A stretch of DNA of 64,000 bases from Candidatus Gottesmanbacteria bacterium (GTDB lineage Bacteria > Patescibacteriota > Microgenomatia > UBA10105 > UBA927). The position numbers and the translations under genes are program-made. The stretch lies in NCBI GenBank assembly GCA_903821745.1, contig CAIJMI010000003.1:22690-86689 (forward strand), in the 5' to 3' direction. Below are positions 38,920-48,864 of the stretch, in pieces; the stretch's first letter is position 1, and every line of letters begins with the position of its first letter. The notes under the pieces are model-generated. The model ran no database searches. It saw nothing but the letters and a program-made list of their open reading frames with translations, and was not told where the DNA came from.

Positions 38920-39757
38920 CCAGCGGGGTTGCAACAAATGGTGATGAATAGGTTCCGGTAATTGTTCCAATCAAAAGTGCAACAGCAAACCATTTAATGG
39001 TTTCTCCTCCCATTAATACAAGTGCTAACAACATAAATATAATCGTAAATGAATTAATTAGTGATCTCCCCATCGTTTCATTGAGTGCAGTATCTGAGAT
39101 TTCCCGAATATTTCCTTTCATGTCTTTTTTTCGATATTCACGGATACGGTCAAAAATAACAATAGTGTCATGGACAGAAAAACTCATGGTGGTCAAAAAT
39201 GCGGTCATAAATAACGTATCTACTTCAACACCCAGAAAATGACCGAATAAAGAAAACATACCAAATACAACAAGCACATCGTGTACTAATGCAATAACTG
39301 CTGACACACCGAATTTAATATTTTTAAACGCATACGCTACATACGAAAGAATCGCAATAATTGCTAGTATTGAAGCAACAAGTGATTTAAACAGTAATTC
39401 CTGACCTAAAATGGGACCGACCGTATCCTTTCGCAAAAGTTCCGGTTCACTTCCTGCTTCTTTGGACAGTGCTGATTGAAATGCAGTAATTTTTTCATCC
39501 GTCGCATTCCCAGCACGGATGTCATAGACATTTGGTCCGACACTTTGTACTGACATGAGTGGAAACTGTTCTTGGTTTCCAATTGTTTCAATTGTTGAAA
39601 CAGATATATTTTTTGCAAATTTCATTTCAAGCAAGGTTCCTCCAGTAAAATCTACTGATGGACGAAGACCAAATCGCACCAACGAATATATTCCTGGCAC
39701 TAATACCATGGCTGATATTAATACATATATCCAAATATATTTTGAGAAACGAATCAT
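38879..39757 (-). CDS. secF: Protein translocase subunit SecF
   Basis: DFTGG, VGP, HD, DTIVIFDRIRE, GTYSS. Confidence 0.95.
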   Translation of the reverse strand: MIRFSKYIWIYVLISAMVLVPGIYSLVRFGLRPSVDFTGGTLLEMKFAKNISVSTIETIGNQEQFPLMSVQSVGPNVYDIRAGNATDEKITAFQSALSKEAGSEPELLRKDTVGPILGQELLFKSLVASILAIIAILSYVAYAFKNIKFGVSAVIALVHDVLVVFGMFSLFGHFLGVEVDTLFMTAFLTTMSFSVHDTIVIFDRIREYRKKDMKGNIREISDTALNETMGRSLINSFTIIFMLLALVLMGGETIKWFAVALLIGTITGTYSSPFVATPLVILWDYLEQKKKK

Positions 39758-41139
39758 GCGTTCTCCCCTTTCTTTCCTCGTGGCCCCTTATACAAAACGC
39801 GAATAAATGTTCTCGTAACGACGATACCGGTAAATAAACTTGTCACAACTCCAATAAATAATGTCGCTGCAAACCCACGAACTAATCCAGATGTTGGAAG
39901 AAATGTCCAATTCCCAGGATTAAATAAAATTATTGATGTAATAATCGTTGTAAAATTTGCGTCTCTGATACTATCCCAAGCCTTTCCAAATCCAAGCTCC
40001 ATTGCAATTTGCCATGGTTTTCCTTTACGAAGCTCTTCTTTGTATCTGGAAAAAATTAGAATATTACTATCAACTGCCATTCCAATAGATAAAATAAATC
40101 CTGCAATTCCAGGAAGTGTTAATGTCACAGGAATAATTCTGTATAAGGCAAGCGTAATAAGCCCATACATAATAAGAGCAAAGTCCGCTAATAATCCCAA
40201 CACTCCGTATTCAACGATCATAAACACTGCAACAATGCCAAGCCCAATGACTCCCGCTCGCGTACTCTTTAATACTGATTCTGCACCAAGCGTTGCACCA
40301 ATTGTTCGCTTCTCCACAACTTTTACCGGAACAGGTAACGCTCCGGCGTTAAGCTGAATCGCAAGTTGTTTAGCACTATCAACGGTAAAGCTTCCCGTGA
40401 TAACTGCCTGACCATCAGTAATTTCTGTACTTACTTTTGGCGCTGTTACGATGACGTCATCCAAAAATATGGCCAGTGGTTTCCCAATCAGCCGTTTTGT
40501 GACATCTGCAAATTTTTTCGCTCCTTCCGGCGTAAATAGAATTTCAACTTCTGGTTCACCTGATTGTGAATTAAACTGTAAACTGGATTTCTTTAAATCT
40601 TTCCCTGAAACCCCGACGGGTTTTGTATTTTCGAGTGTTGGCATAAAATAGGCTGCTGATGTTGCTACTTGTGCTTCTTCTATTATTTCACGAAACTCCA
40701 AGTTCGCAGTTTGTCCAACGAGTGCAAGTGCCTCCTCAGTATTTGTAATACCTGGAAGTTCGACAAGTATTCTATACGTATCACCACTTACTGCTGATTG
40801 AACGACTGGTTCTGATACACCAAAGAAATTTACTCTCCGTTCGATTACCTGTTTTGCAGATTCCAGTGAATCCAGTCGGTCTGCCGCTGCAATTCCGGTC
40901 ATGTCTGCTTCCAGCGATACTTGCGTCCCCCCTGCAAGATCCAAACCTAAATGCGTCGTAAAATCTTTTTTGATTTTCATCCCAAATATCTGGGTATCGA
41001 TTGTTGGAGGATTTAACGTAATTACTTGTTTCGTTGTGCCAAAAGGAATCGCAATCTTGGTGTTTTGTGGGATCACAATTACCCCAAGAATAAGGGCTAA
41101 TACAAGAAGAAGCACAAACGTTCTTTTTGTGTGTTTCAT
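39754..41139 (-). CDS. secD: Protein translocase subunit SecD
   Basis: LGLDLAGG, GALPVP, GMAVDSN. Confidence 0.95.
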   Translation of the reverse strand: MKHTKRTFVLLLVLALILGVIVIPQNTKIAIPFGTTKQVITLNPPTIDTQIFGMKIKKDFTTHLGLDLAGGTQVSLEADMTGIAAADRLDSLESAKQVIERRVNFFGVSEPVVQSAVSGDTYRILVELPGITNTEEALALVGQTANLEFREIIEEAQVATSAAYFMPTLENTKPVGVSGKDLKKSSLQFNSQSGEPEVEILFTPEGAKKFADVTKRLIGKPLAIFLDDVIVTAPKVSTEITDGQAVITGSFTVDSAKQLAIQLNAGALPVPVKVVEKRTIGATLGAESVLKSTRAGVIGLGIVAVFMIVEYGVLGLLADFALIMYGLITLALYRIIPVTLTLPGIAGFILSIGMAVDSNILIFSRYKEELRKGKPWQIAMELGFGKAWDSIRDANFTTIITSIILFNPGNWTFLPTSGLVRGFAATLFIGVVTSLFTGIVVTRTFIRVLYKGPRGKKGENA

Positions 41140-41154
41140 ATAAATGAAAAGAAT

Positions 41155-41736
41155 CTATTCAACAAGCTCTTCCTCGTCACCAACAAGCATGATACGAGAC
41201 CCTGAAAGCACTGTAAGTACAAACGGATCGCGACGGCGTTTTCTGAATGTAAATTCTTCTTCTGACATAACGGTATAATTTAGTTCCCTCTCTCTTCGTA
41301 CTTCTTCAGCTTTCACCAGCTGTGATAATTCAGGAATGACGACGTTACCAACAATTAAAAGATCAACATCTGTTGAACTTTTCCGCTGTAATCCTCGTAC
41401 ATACCTTCCTGACATCATAACAAATTTTAGTTTTCCGAGTTTCGCCTTATGTTTTAAAATATCAAATCCAAGACCAGATGTCTTTGCTACCAATTCCAAA
41501 AGTTCAAAATAGAGCGGGTAGTCTTTCCGAAATCCATAAAATAGTCTATTTGCACGTTGCTCTTTTGAAAGCATCCCTGCTTCTTCCATATGGGAAAGCT
41601 CTCGTCTCACCGCATTAATTTCTTCACCTATTTTTCGCACAATATCACGAACATGAAAAATCGCTCCCGGGTGACTCAAAAACAGCTGTAACATCTTCAC
41701 CCGGACTCTAGAGATGATAATATCTTCAAGCAACAT
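41155..41736 (-). CDS. wHTH domain fused to a nucleotidyltransferase-like domain
   Basis: N-terminal wHTH (VRDIVR...NAVRREL) and C-terminal SG...DVDLLIVG. Confidence 0.65.
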   Translation of the reverse strand: MLLEDIIISRVRVKMLQLFLSHPGAIFHVRDIVRKIGEEINAVRRELSHMEEAGMLSKEQRANRLFYGFRKDYPLYFELLELVAKTSGLGFDILKHKAKLGKLKFVMMSGRYVRGLQRKSSTDVDLLIVGNVVIPELSQLVKAEEVRRERELNYTVMSEEEFTFRKRRRDPFVLTVLSGSRIMLVGDEEELVE

Positions 41737-41760
41737 ATTTCATCTTTCCGGGCAGGAACA

Positions 41761-42942
41761 TTAATATGTTACCGATGTGCCGATCGGCAACATTTCAATC
41801 CAAATTTGTCCTTTGTCAAATTGTATTTCTTTTTTTGATTCATCAAAAAATGTTGTTCTCGCCGACCGATCAAGCTTCGTCCATGTAATTTTTGATGCTT
41901 TTCCATCAACAAACAGAAGTCCTGTGCCTGACCCGATGTTGGCATATAAAAGATGCATATGATCATCAACCGGTCCTGTTTCTTTTGCAAACATGACAAC
42001 AACTGTTTTTGCTTTTAATTGTTCTCCTGTTTCCAAGTCAAGATGTGCAACTCCACCATTTTCCCGGGCATACATGTTTTCTGTCTTGTTATATACCCAT
42101 TTCACTCCGTAGTCTTTTTCATACCCTTTCCAGGCTACAAAACTAATACTGGTAGCATCACCTCGCTCTGCTTCTTTTGCATCATCTTTAAATTTCCATG
42201 GAACAAAATTTTTATCCCACGCTATGCCTTTACTATCAACATTGGTCCATCCCCGCGTTGCAGCCAATGTTTCAAGCTTGTCTGACTGACAGACCATTGT
42301 GTGTTCTGTTGCAACTTCATGGTCTAGCCGGTCATAGTTTCGATAACAGGTTGGAAAAGAAATACCAAATTGATCCATATCTTTAATTCCCCAGGTATCA
42401 ATTTGGCAGAGTGCTTTTGCGCGTTCGTCCACTGTGTCATCATCGCAATTTCCTGCACCACCAACATGGTTATATAGCGCATCGTACTCAAGTACCCATG
42501 GTAAAAAATACGTGCGAGCACTTCGTACTGGTGCAAGATTCACTCCTTCAGCAGCGATACCGCAATAAAAAACTCCCATAAATCGAGAAATTCCACCTTC
42601 CGCAACTGCTTCATAGACAATATCAGCATAAGAAAGACCAGATTGCGGACGGGATTCCTGATGATTTTCTATCATCACTGCAAGAGGACGTCGTTTTTCC
42701 CATACCGCCTTTTCCTGTTTGGTATACAGCTGACCATTTAATGGACACGCTTCTGTTCGAGGAATAGACGGATCAATTGCAAAATGTTTCTGTGTTTTTC
42801 CTGTTGTACTTACTTGCAATGTTGTCTTTTGATTTGCTGATTTTGTCCCAACTGCATTAAATATTGCTGCAGATACACCTGTGGAAATTAAGTACAATGC
42901 AATTGCAATAATGCCAGAAACGAGCAGATTTTGTTTTTTCAT
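41761..42942 (-). CDS. DUF3048-family exported protein
   Basis: PLNG, AVMIEN, RPQSGL..ADIVYE..EGGISR, PVRSAR. Confidence 0.85.
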   Translation of the reverse strand: MKKQNLLVSGIIAIALYLISTGVSAAIFNAVGTKSANQKTTLQVSTTGKTQKHFAIDPSIPRTEACPLNGQLYTKQEKAVWEKRRPLAVMIENHQESRPQSGLSYADIVYEAVAEGGISRFMGVFYCGIAAEGVNLAPVRSARTYFLPWVLEYDALYNHVGGAGNCDDDTVDERAKALCQIDTWGIKDMDQFGISFPTCYRNYDRLDHEVATEHTMVCQSDKLETLAATRGWTNVDSKGIAWDKNFVPWKFKDDAKEAERGDATSISFVAWKGYEKDYGVKWVYNKTENMYARENGGVAHLDLETGEQLKAKTVVVMFAKETGPVDDHMHLLYANIGSGTGLLFVDGKASKITWTKLDRSARTTFFDESKKEIQFDKGQIWIEMLPIGTSVTY

Positions 42943-42972
42943 AGCCTTTCGTTTTCCTCCTTACGACGAAAA

Positions 42973-43428
42973 TTATATCGGTCGTGCTTTTTTTATAGCT
43001 GACTCTTCTTCTTTGGAGAGTTCAACGTCTTCACACAATCCCGCTTTTATATGTTTAATATACCACCGATTACCTGTTCTCGCATAGAGCGAGGTCATAA
43101 TAATACCATTATCTTTTCCGTCTAAAATGGCGATGGTAAAACTTTGACTTCCCCCTGTATCAGAAAATGGATTAAATCGTACAACACCAACGCGCTGTAA
43201 GTGTAACTTCCCGTCAGCCTCTACATATCGAATTGCTTTTTGAAGTGTTTCAATATCTTTTGTGGTTGCTTCTTGCTTTTGTAACATAGAAGACAATACA
43301 GCCTGCATTGTTTTTGACGACACACCTGAAGTTAGCTTGTTATAGTGAGATACTGTCCGCAAAAGAAGGACCGTTAATACTCCTAACCAAACAATTAAAA
43401 CCGCTGCGATACCAACAAAAATATTCAT
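42973..43428 (-). CDS. DUF4446-family membrane protein
   Basis: TM, coiled coil, VRFNPFSDTGG.QSF, LSKEE. Confidence 0.85.
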   Translation of the reverse strand: MNIFVGIAAVLIVWLGVLTVLLLRTVSHYNKLTSGVSSKTMQAVLSSMLQKQEATTKDIETLQKAIRYVEADGKLHLQRVGVVRFNPFSDTGGSQSFTIAILDGKDNGIIMTSLYARTGNRWYIKHIKAGLCEDVELSKEEESAIKKARPI

Positions 43429-43565
43429 CCGTTGAACACCTTTCGTATCCATCATAGTAGTATGGAAGCTGCACTATTGTCAACTTGGGAAAAGCAGTCC
43501 ACATCATCAAGATGTTGACAATGCTCTCGAAGCTGTGTTACGCTCAACGCTAGCTTCAAATACCT

Positions 43566-43847
43566 ATGCCAAAAAAAACTAAAAAGGCTAAGTTAATTGC
43601 AGAGTATAGAAGAAAACTCCAACGTCTGGATATTGTTCCTGACGTCATACAAAAAGAAACAACGCAATCCCCGCAGCACTCAATGTTTACATTGCCCGTA
43701 TCAACGCCCATTCTTACGACTTCCACCACAATACTTTCCCTTCCTGAAGAAGAGTCACATGCCATTAAAAAAGACCTTGTTAAAACAGTGATTATTGTTA
43801 CGCTTTTTATCGTTTTTGAACTTTTTTTGTCAAAAATATTACATTAA
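43566..43847 (+). CDS. Hypothetical protein with basic N-terminus and C-terminal TM
   Basis: MPKKTKKAK...KKDLVKT plus TM; upstream TTGACA-18-TACGCT. Confidence 0.65.
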   Translation: MPKKTKKAKLIAEYRRKLQRLDIVPDVIQKETTQSPQHSMFTLPVSTPILTTSTTILSLPEEESHAIKKDLVKTVIIVTLFIVFELFLSKILH

Positions 43848-43880
43848 TTCGCAATAATTGAAGGGAGGTGAATACCTAGT

Positions 43881-44021
43881 ATGACAACAATGTATTGTGT
43901 AAAATGTCGAGCAAAGAAAGATGATCCAGCAGCAGTAAAAGTCACATTGAAAAACGGAAAACCAGCAATGAAAGGCAAATGCCCAACATGCGGAACCGGA
44001 ATGTTCAAAATTGGTGGCTAA
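43881..44021 (+). CDS. DUF5679-like small Zn-ribbon protein, 46 aa
   Basis: MTTMYCVKCRAKK...KNGKPAMKGKCPTCGTGMFKIGG; strong SD GGGAGGTG; below the ORF-track cutoff. Confidence 0.85.
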   Translation: MTTMYCVKCRAKKDDPAAVKVTLKNGKPAMKGKCPTCGTGMFKIGG

Positions 44022-44048
44022 GAATTTTTTACGTAAGAATTTCTGCCT

Positions 44049-44080
44049 AAACCCCTCGTTAGGAATAATGAGGGGTTTTT
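44049..44080 (+). terminator. Intrinsic terminator
   Basis: AAACCCCTC...GAGGGGTTTTT. Confidence 0.7.
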
Positions 44081-44099
44081 CGTGTGATATACTACGTGG

Positions 44100-44460
44100 T
44101 ACGCGCTGGAACAATGGATCTTTAGAGTAGCAATACTCAGGAAAGTCCAGACAGCAGAATGTGAGGGGACTCCGCGTAAGCGGTGATCCGTCTGGCTTTG
44201 CCAGACGAGACTGGTGTCTTATCTTTGAAAAAAGATAGGAACGATTCCTGAATTGACAGGATGAGAGAGCCACAGAGACGAGTGTATATCTACCATGTCG
44301 CAAGACACATGACATACAAGTGAAACGTTGGCAATCCCACTCGCTGCAACCGACGACCGATCCGTTACGAGCACACATTCGCCAGGATCAAAGTATGCGG
44401 GCATTAGAGAAATGAAGATCTTCAACGACAGAATCTGGCTTACAGTTGTTTCAGCGCGTA
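44100..44460 (+). ncRNA. rnpB: RNase P RNA
   Basis: P1 TACGCGCTGGAACAAT/GTTGTTTCAGCGCGTA; AGGAAAGTCC, GCCACAGAGACGA, GTGAAACG, ACAGAATCTGGCTTA; TG-A-TATACT promoter upstream. Confidence 0.92.
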
Positions 44461-44467
44461 TAAAAAA

Positions 44468-45445
44468 TTACTTCGTATTTTTTCCATCAGCGGTGATGGC
44501 AACCAATAACTCCTGAACAATAAGAAGCACGGGTATTGCAAGAACTGCTCCTGCAATTCCTGCAAGTTTTCCCCCAACAAGCAAAGAAAATATAGTAATG
44601 ATGGGAGACAAACCGACACTTTTTTTCATTACAAGTGGAACAATTAAATTATTTTCAAGTTGATGAATAACAATGTATAGAATGACGACGCTTAACGCCA
44701 TGATCGGAGAAATAGAAAAAGCAATTAACATTGCAGGAATGGCTGAAATAATAGGCCCAATATTTGGAACAATTTCAAAAAGTCCCGCTATGATTGCCAG
44801 TGGTAATGCAAATTTTATTCCCAGTAGTAATAACCCAATATAGGAAAATAATCCGATAACAAACATAAGAAATAATTGTCCCATCATCCAGGATCCAAGT
44901 TTTCCTTCAATACGTTCAACCACATCAATAAATGTTTTTGCTTTTTCCTCACCTACAAATCCGGCAACAATTGCGTCTGCGTGTTTTCGTTCCAACAGGA
45001 GATAAAAAGATATAACTAACACCATTAATATCGAAATAATATTTGAAAAAATGCCAATAGTGACTTTTACAAGGTTTTCGCCAATAGGTGCCAGTTGTTG
45101 AGAAAACGAATTTAAATCAATATTCAAATTTGGGAGCACTCGAGAAATAACTGAGGGGAAATCTTGAACAAAACCTGTTGTTTGCGAAACAAGTGTTGGA
45201 ATTGTACCACCGATAGAAAATCCAATTAAGCCAAACACTACAATATACACAAGTATTGCTGCAAGAAACCGTGGAATTCTTTTTTTTACCATCCAGTCAA
45301 CAATCGGCCGAAGGGTCGACATAATAATGAATGCAACAAAGACGAGAAATAAAATATCCCGAATTTGTAATACCAACCAAATGGACGCAAGAAGAACAAG
45401 CGTAAAAATAATGGTTTTGTGAGAAATTTCTATCTTCGATACCAT
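44468..45445 (-). CDS. AI-2E family transporter
   Basis: Multi-TM; EIVPNIGP, QLENNLIVP, GIAGAVLAIP. Confidence 0.9.
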   Translation of the reverse strand: MVSKIEISHKTIIFTLVLLASIWLVLQIRDILFLVFVAFIIMSTLRPIVDWMVKKRIPRFLAAILVYIVVFGLIGFSIGGTIPTLVSQTTGFVQDFPSVISRVLPNLNIDLNSFSQQLAPIGENLVKVTIGIFSNIISILMVLVISFYLLLERKHADAIVAGFVGEEKAKTFIDVVERIEGKLGSWMMGQLFLMFVIGLFSYIGLLLLGIKFALPLAIIAGLFEIVPNIGPIISAIPAMLIAFSISPIMALSVVILYIVIHQLENNLIVPLVMKKSVGLSPIITIFSLLVGGKLAGIAGAVLAIPVLLIVQELLVAITADGKNTK

Positions 45446-45447
45446 AT

Positions 45448-46347
45448 CTACAAACGAGTATACCATGAAGTAACAACTGACTCTATTTCTTTGGCCACAT
45501 CGTGCTTTGTAACATCAAACCAGTGAATCGTCTTATCAGCTCGAAACCAGGTCATTTGTCTCCTGGCATATCCGTGTTCATCAAATTTCCAACGTTCTAT
45601 GGTTTCTTCTTTGGTTTGTGTTCCATCAAAATACTGCTTCCATTGACGATATCCCAAACCGCTCATCGCTGGCAAGCTCCAGGTATATCCGTTCTTAAGT
45701 AATTTATTTATTTCCTCTTCAACTCCTTCTTCAACCCGCTTCATAACACGGTCATCAATTCGTTTATAAAGCAATGCCATGTTCAGTTGTAATCCGATTT
45801 GACATACATTATATACAGACTGTTTGTGTTGCATTTCTTGTTTTTTTCCTTCAGCAATTTCAATTTTTCGAATCAATCGGCGTGGATTTTGTCTATCTGA
45901 TTGATTCATTTCCTCCCAATAGGACTTGCTCACTTCTTGTAATTTTTTCTGCAATTCTTCCTTTGAATAGGATGAAAAACGTGCACGAAGTTCTATATTT
46001 GGCTCAACCGTCACCGTAAATGGATAAATAAGTGATGTAATGTACAGTCCCGTTCCTCCAACGATAATCGGTAGTTTCCCTCGTTTTTCTATGTCTTCGA
46101 TTGCCTGTGTGGCTAATTGTCGGTATTTGGAAACATTAAACGCTTCATCAGGATTTACAAGATCATACATCCAAATAGGTATTCCATGAAGCGAATCCCT
46201 GTCTTTTCCCGTTCCAATATCCATACCGCAATATACTTGACGAGAATCAGCGGAAATAAGTTCTCCATTCAGTTGTTTTGCAAATTTAACTGCGAGTGCA
46301 GTTTTTCCTGTTGCTGTTGGTCCACAAATGACAAGCAATTTATTCAT
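45448..46347 (-). CDS. miaA: tRNA dimethylallyltransferase
   Basis: GPTATGKT, SADSRQVY, VGGTGLY, YARRQMTWF. Confidence 0.95.
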   Translation of the reverse strand: MNKLLVICGPTATGKTALAVKFAKQLNGELISADSRQVYCGMDIGTGKDRDSLHGIPIWMYDLVNPDEAFNVSKYRQLATQAIEDIEKRGKLPIIVGGTGLYITSLIYPFTVTVEPNIELRARFSSYSKEELQKKLQEVSKSYWEEMNQSDRQNPRRLIRKIEIAEGKKQEMQHKQSVYNVCQIGLQLNMALLYKRIDDRVMKRVEEGVEEEINKLLKNGYTWSLPAMSGLGYRQWKQYFDGTQTKEETIERWKFDEHGYARRQMTWFRADKTIHWFDVTKHDVAKEIESVVTSWYTRL

Positions 46348-47497
46348 ATAATGGATACATTCCTTTCCGAAGATTCGTTTTATTAATTCGTTCATCCAAA
46401 AATTCCCATCGCCTCTTCTTTTCTTCATACAAAATCGGGTCTCCCATTTTGTTATGCGCAAGCGTTGCAGGCCGATCCGAATACATCGAGATATATGCTT
46501 TTGCAAATCCGACGTCTTTACATAGTGATACCGTATGTTCAAACTGTTTTTTTGTTTCCCCGGGAAATCCAACGATAATATCTGTTGAAAAAATAACATC
46601 TGGAACTGCTGAACGAATTTTACGAACCAACTTTTTATAGGCAGCAGGTGTGTACCAACGGTTCATTCGTTTTAATATCATTGCATCACCCGACTGCACC
46701 GGTAAATGAATCAGCCGCTTAATATTTTTATATTTTGCTATTACTTCAATCAACTCATCAGAAAAATCCCAGGGATTACTGGAAATGAAATCAATTGCTG
46801 TGAGTCCTGGAATTTGTGCAACTTGAGAAAGCAAATATGGAAAGAGTGTTGGAATCCGCATTTTTCCTAAATGTTTCACAAATACCGGCGAAATTCGATC
46901 TCCGTGAGCATCAAACGCCTTCTTTTCTTTCACAAGATCCGATCCGTAGGAGTTCACATTTTGTCCAATAAGTGTCACCTCTGTATACCCCTCACGAGCA
47001 GCATCCACACATTCAGAAAGTATATTTTCAAGTGGTCGACTTTTTTCAGGACCTCTTGCAAAAGGAACAACACAATACGAACAAAAATTATTACACCCAT
47101 TACTAATAAGAATGAGTGCATGTTTTTTGTCACCTCTAAGTTGCGTATTTGAAAAACCGACTTCTTCAATGGGGAGAAATTCATCAACCATGGGATATCG
47201 CCTCTTCAATTGGGTAAGCATTTTGCCTGTGTAATCCCGAAGAGCCATACCGCTCATGCATCCGGTAATAATAATTTTTATTTTTTTCCCCTTTTCTTTT
47301 TGCAATCCTAAATTTCGAAGTAATCCCGTCACTCGATCCTCTGCTGATTGCCGAATCATACAGGTAACAATAATAACGTCATTTGCAGTATGTATATCTT
47401 TTGCAGGTGTCCATCCACGAGCAGCGTATGACGCGGCAATTCGTTCGCTTTCTGCCACATTTGCCGCACAACCAAAGATTTGAATGAAGTATTTCAT
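46340..47497 (-). CDS. miaB: MiaB-like radical SAM methylthiotransferase without TRAM domain
   Basis: FGC, TC, TGC auxiliary-cluster Cys; CNNFCSYC; HLPVQSG; IVGFPGET; adjacent to miaA. Confidence 0.85.
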   Translation of the reverse strand: MKYFIQIFGCAANVAESERIAASYAARGWTPAKDIHTANDVIIVTCMIRQSAEDRVTGLLRNLGLQKEKGKKIKIIITGCMSGMALRDYTGKMLTQLKRRYPMVDEFLPIEEVGFSNTQLRGDKKHALILISNGCNNFCSYCVVPFARGPEKSRPLENILSECVDAAREGYTEVTLIGQNVNSYGSDLVKEKKAFDAHGDRISPVFVKHLGKMRIPTLFPYLLSQVAQIPGLTAIDFISSNPWDFSDELIEVIAKYKNIKRLIHLPVQSGDAMILKRMNRWYTPAAYKKLVRKIRSAVPDVIFSTDIIVGFPGETKKQFEHTVSLCKDVGFAKAYISMYSDRPATLAHNKMGDPILYEEKKRRWEFLDERINKTNLRKGMYPLYE

Positions 47498-47521
47498 GAA
47501 GACGATTGTAGCAGAATTACC

Positions 47522-48307
47522 TTATTCTTTCCCAATAATGACGACCACGTCATATTGAGATGCGCTTTTCAGGTTCGCTGCTGCAGACCCGATAGAATAG
47601 GAACCGGTAAGATCTGCTTGCAGGACAGAAAGGAATGCTGATTTTGAAGCAGTTACCTGGATTTCCGTTTTTGCATAATCATAGGTTTTTGCATTTCCTG
47701 TTCCTGCCACGGTATATCCTTTTTCTTCAAGCAGTGCTTTCATTTTAGAAGCAACTCCCGCAATTCCGGATCCATTTAATACTTGAATGCTTATAGATTT
47801 TCTATCAATAGTTGGCGTTGGTGTGATGGTTGGTGCAAGTGTCGGTGTTGGTGTCGTTTTAACTGCAATTGTTGGCATTTTTACACTTCCGCGACTTACG
47901 CTTATGATTACAAATCCAATAAGTGCGACAATGGCAAATACGCCAAGTGCCCAAAGCATAACTCCAATAACTGGTGATTTTTTATGAACGGTAATGTCAG
48001 GATAACCGAATGATGATGGGGAAGATGGAACAGGTTGTTCTTTTTTAGCAAAAAATTCACTTACAACTGCTTGTTGTTTTTCTTCCGGTGTTTTTTCTTC
48101 AACTACCTCCGGTGTATCTTGAATGGCTTCTGTGGGTGTCACTTCAACATCTTTTGGTTTTTCTTCCTCTTCATCCATAACTTCAACAACTTGCATGACT
48201 TGCGGTGGTGTTTCTTTCATTTCTGGTTCTTTTGTAAGGTGCTCTATTTTTTCTTCTACTGTCTCATTTTCTTTTTTGGTTTTGGCGGAGGGTGATTTTT
48301 TTACCAT
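47522..48307 (-). CDS. LytR C-terminal domain membrane protein
   Basis: Acidic N-terminus, TM, TP linker, VLNGSGIAGVA, VVIIG. Confidence 0.85.
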   Translation of the reverse strand: MVKKSPSAKTKKENETVEEKIEHLTKEPEMKETPPQVMQVVEVMDEEEEKPKDVEVTPTEAIQDTPEVVEEKTPEEKQQAVVSEFFAKKEQPVPSSPSSFGYPDITVHKKSPVIGVMLWALGVFAIVALIGFVIISVSRGSVKMPTIAVKTTPTPTLAPTITPTPTIDRKSISIQVLNGSGIAGVASKMKALLEEKGYTVAGTGNAKTYDYAKTEIQVTASKSAFLSVLQADLTGSYSIGSAAANLKSASQYDVVVIIGKE

Positions 48308-48408
48308 ACAATAGTAGTGTACATGGTCTCCAAAAAAAAGGAAAGCTCCCTACTTTTTTTACAAAAAGTAATAGGAGTTTTCCTAAAATACTTGTGCCGA
48401 TTCGTACA

Positions 48409-48681
48409 TTACCGAACGGCTTTTTTCAATGCTTTTCCTGCTGTAAAACCTGGGGTTTTTCGAGCTGGAATGCTGATTGGTTTACCGGTCTGTGGATTTC
48501 GTCCGGTTCGTGCTTTTCGGGATCGGATCATGAATGTTCCAAATCCTGTAACAACAACTTTATCACCTTTTTTCAGCGCATCGGTCATTGCTCCAAACAC
48601 TGTAGCCACTGATTCTCGTGCTGCTTTTGCTGTAAGACTTGCTTTCTTTGCAACAATTTCAACTAAATCTGCTTTTGTCAT
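48409..48681 (-). CDS. hup: Histone-like DNA-binding protein HU
   Basis: MTKADL, GFGTF, GRNPQTG; GGAGGTGA SD. Confidence 0.95.
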   Translation of the reverse strand: MTKADLVEIVAKKASLTAKAARESVATVFGAMTDALKKGDKVVVTGFGTFMIRSRKARTGRNPQTGKPISIPARKTPGFTAGKALKKAVR

Positions 48682-48864
48682 AATAGTATTTTTCACCTCC
48701 TGACCGGGCAGCAAATTTTTTTCCAGACTGTTGTAACAATCTCTATGAATCACAATATGGAATTTGGATTGTACTGTCAAGATGTCAAAAAATATATCGC
48801 ACTAATACAATCCGAATCGTAATGGATTAAATGAAAAACGCGTTATGACGCGACACAAGAAAAA

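Noticed and set aside
43839-44516. ORFs 43839..44378, 44219..44425 and 44328..44516
   Set aside because: They overlap RNase P RNA and the DUF5679-like gene; spurious
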